Positions 54,421 through 64,000 of a stretch of 64,000 bases of DNA are shown in pieces. Position 1 is the stretch's first letter. The number at the start of each line of letters is the position of its first letter. The stretch comes from Callorhinchus milii (lineage: Eukaryota). The notes beneath the pieces are model-generated. The model worked only from the letters and a program-made list of their open reading frames with translations, was not told where the DNA came from and searched no databases. The position numbers were made by a program, and so were the translations under genes. The stretch spans positions 19,468,001 through 19,532,000 of the forward strand of contig NW_024704747.1 in assembly GCF_018977255.1 (NCBI RefSeq). The letters run 5' to 3'.

Positions 54421-54460
54421 CATACTTTGTTGAACAAAGCCATACTTTGTTGAACAAAGC
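54421..54460. repeat. Perfect 20-bp tandem duplication
   Basis: catactttgttgaacaaagc x2. Confidence 0.95.
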
Positions 54461-54649
54461 AGCAGGTGGGGTTCAAAGTGCGAACGGATGCATTTGGGGA
54501 GGAATCCATTTCAATCTGGATTTGTTCAGATGTCAGTAGGTGGGCAAATTCGAACCTCTGAACTGCTCGAATATAACGTTAAATGATATGATTAATTCTC
54601 CTCTGAGATGGAATCTCCCATGTATTTATATCAATTGCAGTTTCAGAGA

Positions 54650-54652
<3 letters not shown>

Positions 54653-54682
<30 letters not shown>
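54653..54682. repeat. (TC)15 microsatellite
   Basis: Read directly. Confidence 0.95.
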
Positions 54683-54687
<5 letters not shown>

Positions 54688-56031
54688 TCACTTCTGCTGG
54701 GAATAATAAACCTTGCATTTGATATAACACCTTTTACGTCAAGAGGACATCTCAAAGCGCTTCACAGGATTTACTATAAATTGCAGTGACTGTGTATTTT
54801 GTAAGCAAATAATATCTGATGTGAAAGTTTTTTCTCAGAAGCAATCCTTTCTCCCTTGACATTGGACCCCATTTTAACACAGTGGATATTATGGAGCTGT
54901 CATGCTAGCCATTGTGTTTAATATGTGTTAGTGTATCGACTGTACAGAAGCAAAGCCTTTGCTCCTGCTGTAGGGAAGTTCTATGTGGGTATGTCCTAAT
55001 AACATAAGTTGACTCCCTCTGCATTTGCATTGTTTGTAATTTACACTGGTGCTCTCACCCAAATGGTTGCAAGGATGGTGTGTGCTGCAAGTGAACATAT
55101 CACCAATGGTGCAGGAAAGGGTTACTCTATTGAGATAGGCATTAAAGCATGTTGATTGTAGGCTGGTTTCAAAAGAATTCTTGCATTGGAAAACATGCTG
55201 AATGTAGAAGATCCGAGCAACGTGTGGGGCGGAACAGATAATTGTGGACAGATGAGTGATCAGAATCAAAGTCCATCATCTGTCCACCTGCAAAACTATT
55301 TGTCTCAGATGTATGTCTTTTGTGTGGACCCCGGTCAGTAACATGGAATTGAATCAAGAGCCAAGTCTACTTTTATGTGTTGAATGTTTGATAAAAATCT
55401 TCAGTGGTGTTTATTGAAAAATGGAAGTTTGAGACTTTAATACAAATTGTTATACTGTCTTAGTTGGTTGCACTTTAGCCTTTGGGTCAGAAAGTGTGGG
55501 TTCAAGCCCCCTATCGGGAATTGAGATTCAATAGTTTCAGCTGACAGCCCAGTGCAGTGCTGGGGAGAGCAGTGCTATGTCAGGTGTGCAAGTTGTTGCA
55601 ATTACAACAACTACAGTAAATCGATTTTACGTGCTATATGAAGTGCAAGGGTTATTATTACACGTATAACCTCAAAATAATTGTTCCCTCATAACGCTTC
55701 CAGTAGATTACATTTTAAACAATGAAATAGCTTTAATTTACTCAGTTTAGTATTCATTTAAATAAACAGAACTCACATCCACCCTTCTGTACTCAAAAAC
55801 ATTCTTTGTGCTTTCATTTTCCCCTCTTTTCATTTACAAATAGACACATTACCTTGCAGTAAGTCCACAGTACATTTCTAGACCCTTGGCCAAGAAGAGC
55901 TACTAAATATGACAATATTAACAGTGCTTTTAAAATAAGCACTGTAATTTATACCTATGTGTCACCTTTAATGTAATTAAATTAGCATTTCAAGCGTTGT
56001 GCAACAATAAAATACCATTAAGGCTGATTTA

Positions 56032-56239
56032 AACTTGTCTCCTTGGGGCTATTTTTATCCCTATTCAGATATAAATAGTCTTCGGATTTCTGATCTATTG
56101 CCTTGTAAAATCACTTTCTCATTGAATTCAAGGGTGAATCCGATTGAAGCTTATCTCCTTGGGCTTATTTTTTCCACCATTCAGATATAAATAGTCTTTG
56201 GATTCCTGATCTATTACCTTGTAAATCACGTTCTCATTA
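56032..56239. repeat. Imperfect ~90-bp direct repeat, period ~117 bp
   Basis: ctt(g/a)tctccttggg...attcagatataaatagtctt(c/t)ggatt(t/c)ctgatctatt(g/a)ccttgtaaa...ttctcatt occurs twice. Confidence 0.9.
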
Positions 56240-56939
56240 ATAATCCGTTCTGTTTTATTTTAAGTAATTTAACAATGCAATTTAGATTGAATGAAAACCT
56301 TAACCCAACTGTATAAAGAAGCATCATTATAGTTGTTCAAATATTAATCTTTACTTCACCAGGCACCTAGCACTTAAAAGGATACTGTGATCTTTATTGC
56401 TGACAGTATTATTCAATAGGACTGTCCTCTATACTGCTATATGGGAAGATACATTTTGTAGCTTGAGCCAAAGGAGGATTGTATGTGAATGTGTATTAAA
56501 GAGCAAGAACACCAGTACTGGAGTAAGACTATCAATGCTACTGATGTGGCCTTGATCTTGTGAGATCACTGGGCTCTTGCACTTTACCTGCTCCCATTTA
56601 ACTATTCAGCAAAGTAAAGTAAATATTGTAAAAGATTCAATGCGGATTGAATGAACTTTTACACCCCAAAGTGACATCAGTGGGATTTTGTGTATATAGC
56701 ACACATGTTGAACGCAGAGGAAATGATATCAGCGATGCTTCCTGCACATAACGCTCATGTTCACACTGCACAGTAAGTTACGTAAGAGATGACCGGATGA
56801 CCAGGAAGGTGGTCATTTTCTGACTCAGGAAGATGGCTAGTAAGTTACTGGAAGCCACCTCCCATAGAGCACAGGGGCACCATATGCCCGTGCTATATGT
56901 AAACCAGCACTGCACCTTATAAAAAGTTGTTTTGTAGTA

Positions 56940-57292
56940 ACGCTGATACTCCAATACTCCAGTTAGAGCGCTGCATTGTCAGAGTTGATGTCCTTTGGAT
57001 GAAACATTAAACCAAGGTCCCGTCTGTTCAGGTGGACTTTAAAGATCCCACAACACTATTCAAAAAGATAAGGAAGTTTCTCCCAGTGTTTAGACCAACA
57101 ATCCCCCGGATAAAATTGGTCACTTGCTCACTCCATAGCCGTTTGTGGGATATTATCATACCCAAATTAGCTGCTGTGTTTGCCTGCAAATACATAGTCA
57201 CTAAACTCTACAGTAAAATTCCGTGAAGTGCTTTTAGATGTTTTGATGTTGTGGTGAGGCACTTCGCAAATGCAAGAATAATTATTACTATA
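56940..57292 (+). mobile_element. Deu SINE downstream of crystallin B
   Basis: tgtcctttggatgaaacattaaaccaaggtcccgtctgttcaggtggactttaaagatccca, then tail. Confidence 0.8.
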
Positions 57293-57557
57293 TTATATTA
57301 TTTTAGAGCAATTTCAAATTTGAATACTTGCTTAAATGGTATGCATGGCACCATGGATACTTTACCTACTCTTCAGAGAAACGTTGATCCAGGGGTAAAC
57401 CTAGCTGACAATATCCGTGCTTAACAGAATTCAAATGTATTTTGAAATAAGTATTAAAACTGCATGTGTGTCAACAATAAATATTTTGTGCACAAAGAAT
57501 CTACTGCACAGAAATTTTGCAGGGAAGACATAAGACTGAATAAAATGAAGTTATATT

Positions 57558-57563
57558 TTTATT
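57558..57563 (-). terminator. Polyadenylation signal of crystallin B
   Basis: AATAAA about 40 nt after the stop codon. Confidence 0.7.
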
Positions 57564-57601
57564 TGTGAATGTTGATGTCGCTCACAAGTTTCTGAGGCTG
57601 C

Positions 57602-57877
57602 TTAGAATTCTCGAACATGCCGGAAAGAGCCGATAGATGGGCAGGTTGCACCCCAGTCGCTGAATCGCCTGTACTCTCCGGGTCTCATGAAGTACTGGCG
57701 GCCTCTGTAGTTGGGCTGATCATACATGGTCCAGTAGCCATCCATCACGTTGCAGGAGTGGATGTCACGGTGGTGGAAACGGTCATAGACGGATGGGCAG
57801 TCATCCATGAATTCCATCATCTGTCCTCCAAAGTCAGGTCTCTCGTACAGCCTCATCTTGTAAGAGCTGCTGCTGGA
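57602..57877 (-). CDS. CRYG: Gamma-crystallin B exon 3
   Basis: ORF 57602..57856 extended upstream to a CTGTAG acceptor; 276 nt. Confidence 0.96.
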   Translation of the reverse strand, partial: SSSSSYKMRLYERPDFGGQMMEFMDDCPSVYDRFHHRDIHSCNVMDGYWTMYDQPNYRGRQYFMRPGEYRRFSDWGATCPSIGSFRHVREF

Positions 57878-58855
57878 CTACAGTGTGGAGAAATATTTAT
57901 TGGAAAGATATTAATATTTTGCTAGAAAACTGAAGAGCCCTCAGTTATATTAAAATATGCTGCAATTAGGAGACCCTTTTTACTTTGTACAGTGCTGGTT
58001 ATTCATCACTATACAACATTCGGGGTCACATTTTCAATCAACATTATGGGTTTTCCTGTCAAATGTCTAACAGTGATCGACAGTTGCTCAGAAATAGATC
58101 ACAGGATTCATGAGCCTTTGGATAGATAAGGGTTACATTGCACCACTTCACGTGGAATAATGGAAGAGAAAACACAGCAAGAGGAGCAGAAAATTATAGG
58201 CATATTCAAATGTAATTTTTTTGCACTTATTTCCACAGGAATTATTTAAGATAAATAGGATTATTGTGGCGCCTGTAATCTTAAGAATCTTTAATCCTCA
58301 GTGAGCTTTCTACAGTTGTATTTAACATTGGTTCAATGAAGCCAGGGTAAAGCCAACGCAAATGAAGCAAATTCAATCAAATTTAGGTTTTTAAGCTGAA
58401 CAGGTTGAATAGTGCTTTTCTTCCCAAACCCTTACTGATTTTAAGATAAAAAAAGAGCTTAAGCACTGGTGCACTTCCACATTATCCAAGCAGCATTTTG
58501 TATTTACGTAGTTGTATGTACGGCATGATCTGATGCTGTCATTGTAGCCCATCCAGCGCTGGTAGTCAGGATACTCTCCCCTGGTCAGAACATACTGGTA
58601 TCCCATGTAATTGGGTTTCTCATACAGAACCCAGAAGTCACTGTCAACGCGGATAGAGTTACAGCGGCTGAAGTGGGACTGCAGGTCCTCACAGTCGGCA
58701 CTGCACTCATAGTGCTGTCCCTGGAAGTTCTTGTCCTCGTAAAAGATGATCTGGAAATATAACATTAACAATTTAAACAGTAGCAGTAATTATATATTGA
58801 TCCTAACAGTCGTGAGGTTTTTCCAGTATTACAAAGAGAGACCTACCTTTCCCAT
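57602..58855 (-). CDS. CRYG: Gamma-crystallin gene B (shark gamma-S1-like), join complement(58847..58855, 58508..58750, 57602..57877), 175 aa
   Basis: Exon 1 ATG GGA AAG|GTAGG. Exon 2 is 243 nt ([16 protein letters not shown]...SCRTYNY|gtaaa). Exon 3 is 276 nt (tag|[29 protein letters not shown]...[13 protein letters not shown]). All splice sites are GT-AG and the frame is intact. Confidence 0.96.
58508..58750 (-). CDS. CRYG: Gamma-crystallin B exon 2
   Basis: Lies within ORF 58391..58771; TTTCCAG acceptor, GTAAAT donor, 243 nt. Confidence 0.97.
58847..58855 (-). CDS. CRYG: Gamma-crystallin B exon 1 coding part (MGK)
   Basis: GAAAATGGGAAAG|GTAGGT on the minus strand. Confidence 0.9.
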
Positions 58856-58903
58856 TTTCAGCTTGGATCTCTGGAACTGTGTTCCCTGATAGCCATTACT
58901 GTG

Positions 58904-58978
58904 TTTTAATACATATACAGCAGAGTGCACTGCAGCAAAATACATTGTTATTACAATGAGATAAGTTTTGTGTCAGCA
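58904..58978 (-). promoter_or_regulatory. Proximal promoter of crystallin B: TATA-like element, inverted SOX pair, Maf half-site
   Basis: Minus strand TATATGTATTAAAA; CATTGT-tatt-ACAATG at 58943-58958; TGCTGACA (minus) at 58971-58978. Confidence 0.6.
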
Positions 58979-60430
58979 CATCGCTCATGCGATTACTCTC
59001 TGTTGAAATTCCCTAACTAACCACTGTGCATTGTTAAGCTTTTGTGGTGAAAGCTTTTTAAAGAATCAGATCAAAGTGCACATTTACAGCAAATAACGAT
59101 AGTCATCAAATTACAGAACAGATTTTAGACAGGAATACTTTGACATTCTGTGTTTAAGTGACAATTATTAACTTTCAAACGCTCCTGCAACTGCCTACAA
59201 ATTGCATCATCACTCTACTTCACAGTAAACCACCCTCAACTCAGGTGTAAACCTTGGATTGTTCAGCACCTTGGAATGTTTTCCCGACATGAAAGGCAAT
59301 ATAAAAATGTAAATTTGTATTGTATTGTTTACTAATTGTCGAGTACTGTTCTGTCACTGTTTACCTCTAACTGCTAATAGTAATGTGAAAGTTCCATCTT
59401 ATTGAAGAGCTTACCTTTACACCTCCCTCCCGCATCTCCCGTTTTCCCCTCGCTCTTTCCTCTTCCCCACTTCCACTCTTAATTCCTCCACCTCCACATA
59501 CATGTATTGTTTGAAAATATATCCACCATAAATAAAACCATTTTGTTTCGATTAGATTTATTCACAAACTGGAAGCAAAAAAAAACCTTCGTACTACCAT
59601 GGGTTTAGAAATGCACAATATGATCCAAGACACATTCAGTGACTGAATCACTCAGTGAATTGGGGCCTAACGACCATGCCTTAGGAATCAATGTCTGGCT
59701 CCTCAGTCGGGCAAGCTCAATACAATGCAATTTTCATTTATAAAGCATATTTTCACTCTGGAAGAATGTCTCAAAGCATTTTACACAGCTGGCTTGGCAC
59801 CCAAGCTGGGAGGGGAAACTGAAGAGAGAGATGGACGGCTGAGGAGAAGATTAGTGAAAGTGCGGTTAAAGAAGTACATCCAGAGACGGGCTTTGATAAT
59901 GGGATGAGTAGGCAGGGGCAGAGAGATTCCAGGTCCAGAATGCACATTGCAATTCTGCAACCTTCCCTGTTTGTGAGGGTTTTAACTGCGAAAATCCTGT
60001 TTGAGATTTTGTCCGTTGAGTAAAATTGGGTGAGGAATGCAACAAAACATGCAACTGTGAGGCCAATAATTTATTCTATTCATTAGTGTCTAGAAAGATA
60101 GAGGGGAATTTCTACTTGAGGTTTGCTCTATTTATGTAATGTTTCAGAGCATCCAGAAATCGGCAACTCGTTGAATTCAGTCTTAACTTTAAGGTGGGTT
60201 TTCTGTGGTTCTTCAAAGAATTTCCAGAAAGCTGGCTTCAATCCACTCAGTCACATTTACCTGCTATGTCCTCCTTTCAATTATTCATTTTTAGTTATTT
60301 AGATATTAGGTATTTATTTTGCTCTTGAAAGTTTTGATGGATTGTGCCTCAAACATGACACCAGACAGAACATTCTATATCCTAACAACCCTCAATGTGA
60401 AAACATTGTCCTAATCTCCCCCTTTGTTAT

Positions 60431-60776
60431 ATAATCCTTGCACTTGATATAGCACATCATCACATCTTCGAGACGTCTTAAAGCGCTTCACAGAATATGA
60501 TGTAAAGTGAATTGACTGTATACTTTGTGGGCGAAACGTGACAGCCAATTGCGCACAGCAGTGTCCCACAAACAGTCGTGGATTGAGTGACCAAATTTTA
60601 ATTTTTTTAAATCAATTTTTACCCTCCAAAGAAGAGATCCACCAATTGACTAACAATCAGGTTTCTACTTACTGCTAGATAAACAGAGGCGTGCGGAGTA
60701 ACGAAACTTGCCCAATGTTTCACCCTGCTGGAAATCAAACCCAGGTCTCTCTCTTGTGAGGTGAGCTCTAACCATT
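60431..60776 (-). mobile_element. tRNA-derived SINE, long variant, adjoining a CR1 remnant (60290-60430)
   Basis: Same head and tail as 40756-41082, plus an extra internal segment at ~60625-60690. Confidence 0.8.
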
Positions 60777-61419
60777 AAATTGATGTTCTTTCATCATGGA
60801 AACATTGAAACAGTGGAGAAAAGATTTGATTTGAATTTGATCATAGCTGTAAAGAAAACCGACAAGCTACTAACTTTTTTCTAGGTAAAGTACAGACATT
60901 GGGAGCCAACTTGCAATGAGGTCTGAGGGAATTCCTTCATAAGGAAAGTGCTATTATATCATGCTGATGTGCACAGCATAATTCTGGAGCTAAGCAAATC
61001 TTCTTAGCATTTATATTTCATGCCCTGTTTGGTGATCTGCAATATTTTTGTTTGACTGAGATAACTTTGGTCACTCTGTGACCTCATGATCTCAATATTC
61101 TGGAACAAGGCTTTGCAAATGTCATAGTACTTTCTGGATTAGGTGAGCAGGGTGCGTCCCTCCAGGGATAGAGCATGCATTCCATTCCAGACACAGAGCA
61201 ACACAGGGAAATGCCCATGTGAAAGTGGGATACGTAAGTGGAACTCTCAATCTGGCTTGGATCCACTTAAGGGTGGTGATGCAAATGAAAATGACCCATC
61301 AGAGATTAAACGAGAACAGATTTAAGCACAGTCAGTGAACATCTGAAGTTTTATTTTGTTCCAGGTTCAGGAACCTGCTGGTGCATTGAAAGAAAAGAAA
61401 GGTCATACTTAAAAAGCAT

Positions 61420-61425
61420 TTTATT
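61420..61425 (-). terminator. Polyadenylation signal of crystallin C
   Basis: AATAAA about 47 nt after the ancestral stop codon. Confidence 0.6.
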
Positions 61426-62149
61426 CGAAACAGTTTTCTGAGGGTGGGATTGACTGCTGGAATGTGACGGTTTACAGAAATATAAGAAAACGGAAGGAGC
61501 CAACATTGGGGGGCACTTGCACCCCACATGCTAAATTGCTTGAATTCCCCAGGTCTCATGAAATACTGTCGGCCTTCGTAATTGGACTGTTCGTAGAAGA
61601 TCCAGTAACCATCCATCACATGGCAAGAGAGAATATCACGGTAAGGGAAATGGTCAGGGACAGATGGGCATCCATGAATTCCATTATCTGCCCTTCAAAG
61701 TCAGGCCTCTCGTAAATCCTCATCCTGTAGTTATCACCTTTGGACTATAATTTGGCAACATATTAGTGAGAAGAAATGGCTTTGTCCGAGGTATATAAAT
61801 GAGTTAAACAAGAGATGATAAATGATTGACGACGCTTAGTGCTGGGCAGAGTGTTCAAACAGATATTTATTTTCCATCTGAGTATATTTTCCCATTCTTA
61901 TTTTCGTGCATGACGTTAGCAGCCCGGACCTCTGGAAAAATGTGGGAGGGTTGCTCTTTCGAGGACCAGTGCAGTTGGCGCCATACACATGTAATTTGTT
62001 GTTGTTGTTTACTCGAGAAGTGGTGGCCCGATTTTTCTGAACCTGTTGTCTGCTTCTAAAAGCGAAAACTTTTAAAAACAGTACTGCACTGCTAGGAAAA
62101 GTAGAAAAAAAAAGTGACAGCAAGAGGAATATTCACATTGCATATACAA

Positions 62150-62530
62150 ATCATTGAAATTACAGCACAGAAAGAGGCCATTCGGCCCATTGAGCATCAA
62201 GCTGCTTTACCTGAGCTGTATGCTCCAACCCCAATTCCCTGCTCATTCCACATTTCCTTAGATATTCTTATTCTTCAAACATTTATCCAATTCCCTTTTA
62301 ACTGTTATTGCCTTACTTTCAACAAATACCTCTAACGAAACGTTCCTGGTTTTCTTAACACTGCGTGAAAATATTCCTTTTAACCTCCCTCTTAACTCTT
62401 CCAATAATAATCCAGTAATAACCCGTAATAATCTATGTCTATATATTTTTCCAGTTAAGCACCCAGTGGAAACAATCTTTCAATATTTATCATCTCAAAC
62501 CATTTCTGGATTGTAAAATTTTCCAGTAGA
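62150..62530 (-). mobile_element. CR1 3' fragment in intron 2 of crystallin C
   Basis: tacagcacagaaagaggccattcggccc...catttatccaattccc. Confidence 0.75.
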
Positions 62531-62731
62531 CATGTTCGCTAAAAGCACTAAAGTACGTAGTAATTTAAGCTTTCGACCTAATAATGGTAATAATAATAAC
62601 TTTAAAGTTATCCCCGAAACTGCATGACTTTAAAGCAACTGTTTATTACGAAAAATGTCTAAAAAATCAGAAATGTACTGAATAGCGTTAAAAAACAGCA
62701 ACAGTGCACATCGTTAGGTTTGAAAACTCAC

Positions 62732-62974
62732 GTATCTGTGTGTGCGGCATGATCCAATGCTGTCATTGAAGCCCATCCAGCGCTGGTAGTCAGGATACTC
62801 TCCCCTGGTTAGAACGTACTGGTATCCCATGTAACTGGGTTTCTCATAGATGACCCAACAGCCACTGTCAACGCGGATGGAGTTACAGCGGCTGAAGTAA
62901 GACTGCAGGTCGGCACAGTCAGCACTGCACTCATAGCGTCGACCCTGGAAGTTCCTGTCCTCGTAAAAGATGAT
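62732..62974 (-). CDS. CRYG: Gamma-crystallin C exon 2 (open; missed by the ORF track)
   Basis: TTTTCAG acceptor, 81 open codons, GTGAGT donor. Confidence 0.9.
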
Positions 62975-63129
62975 CTGAAAATAAAAGTTATTTTACCAAG
63001 TTAAAAATAAAGCCAAATTGAAAAATAATTACAAAAGAGACTAAGCAAATTAAATGTCAGGTTACCTTTCCCATTCTGATACTAAGGAGATGGCTTCACT
63101 AAATACACCATGAGTTTGAGATTGGTGCT

Positions 63130-63138
63130 TTTTATATA
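63130..63138 (-). promoter_or_regulatory. TATA box of crystallin C
   Basis: TATATAAAA on the minus strand, about 55-60 nt upstream of the ATG. Confidence 0.75.
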
Positions 63139-64000
63139 TCCCTAAAACCTCTACAGTGGTGATAACGTTTGTTATTTTAATGACCCAACAAATAGCTCTA
63201 GTGCTTTTGCTATGAGCTTTGTAGAGATCATCTGACTAAAGGTTTTCAATCTGCTGGTTCTTTCTGTATCTTTCTTGTTTGTAATGTACCCAGTGTTTTT
63301 TAGTACGCAAAATGACACAACAGTAAATCCAAATAGTTACCAGTATAAAATATCATAAAGTCATTTTAGATGACTCAAGTTTTACATTGGAGTGACTGAG
63401 CCCGTAAACCTGTAGTTTCAACTATGATCAAAAAATCCCCTCTGATAAAATTGGTCATTCACCTCATCACTGTTTGTGGGACATTGATGTGTGCAAATTG
63501 GTGGCGACATTTCGCTACAAAATACACACAGTGACAGAATCCTAGAATCCTAGAAATTTACCCCACTGGAGGAAGTCATTCCACCCATCGGGTCTGCATT
63601 GGCTCTCGGACCAAGGTTCATTCAATCCCACCGCCATGCCTTATCTGCATATCCCTTCAAGCCCTAGACATTGTCCCAACATAAAAAGCGCTATATAAAT
63701 GCAAGTTGTTGTTTTCTTGAGGATGAGATTGAGCTGTTGCAGAACATGAGCGAGAATCTGAAAATTGTCGTCAACGTAGAATTGTTCCAACTCTGAACAA
63801 ACAGAAAGATGTTGACAATACTTGAGGTTGTTACGGTGTGGGAAGATCATAATTATTTCTTTATAAATTTTGTATTGATCAAGAGAATCCAGTGTGAGGG
63901 AAAGAGTAGAACCAGTCACACTTCAACCTGCTTAATCTTATATTGCAGGAACGCATGATGAAAGTTATACTGACCTTTTTTTTGGTCCTTATAAGTGAGT

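Larger units (their letters stand above)
61472..63074 (-). pseudogene. CRYG: Gamma-crystallin C: frameshifted copy, exons 63066..63074, 62732..62974, 61472..61744
   Basis: Exon 1 ATG GGA AAG|GTAAC and the 243-nt exon 2 ([20 protein letters not shown]...[10 protein letters not shown]|gtgag) are intact. Exon 3 lacks 4 nt at 61670/61671 relative to gene B, giving TGA at 61616-61618, and has one extra base in the G6 run at 61508-61513. The ancestral TAA is at 61472-61474. Confidence 0.88.

Noticed and set aside
57617-57925. Plus-strand 102-aa ORF
   Set aside because: Antisense shadow of crystallin B exon 3.
61332-61619. 95-aa ORF with crystallin similarity as an independent gene
   Set aside because: It is the middle part of frameshifted exon 3 of crystallin C, running out of frame after the G6 run.
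63641-63919. Minus-strand ORF containing FYVDDNFQI (RT YxDD-like)
   Set aside because: No other RT motifs nearby, and the ORF runs into an L2 tail; the evidence is too thin to call.
1-64000. CRISPR arrays, operons or other prokaryotic systems
   Set aside because: The sequence is intron-containing vertebrate DNA; recurring motifs are dispersed SINE/LINE tails, not regularly spaced repeats.

Overview
Vertebrate nuclear DNA, most likely from a cartilaginous fish (shark, ray or chimaera); this is inferred from the crystallin sequences and the Deu-domain SINE / L2 / CR1 / Penelope repeat content. The right-hand 15 kb holds part of a tandem gamma-crystallin cluster on the minus strand. It has two intact three-exon genes (9+243+276 nt CDS, 175 aa; 49321-50652 and 57602-58855) and a third copy (61472-63074) with intact promoter, exon 1 and exon 2 but two frameshifts in exon 3. 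I recognise no intact protein-coding exon in the first ~49 kb; the listed ORFs there are mostly L2/CR1/SINE debris. The best leads are: (1) the frameshifted third crystallin, which would encode one intact domain plus a hydrophobic tail; (2) exon-2-specific homogenisation among paralogues; (3) a possible heavily eroded fourth beta/gamma-crystallin at 37.6-38.6 kb; (4) SOX-type palindromes upstream of the genes; (5) an unidentified decayed coding-like tract at 26.8-29.7 kb; (6) CORE/Deu hybrid SINEs. I found no evidence of a wholly new biological system. All alignments were made by eye and repeat boundaries are approximate.
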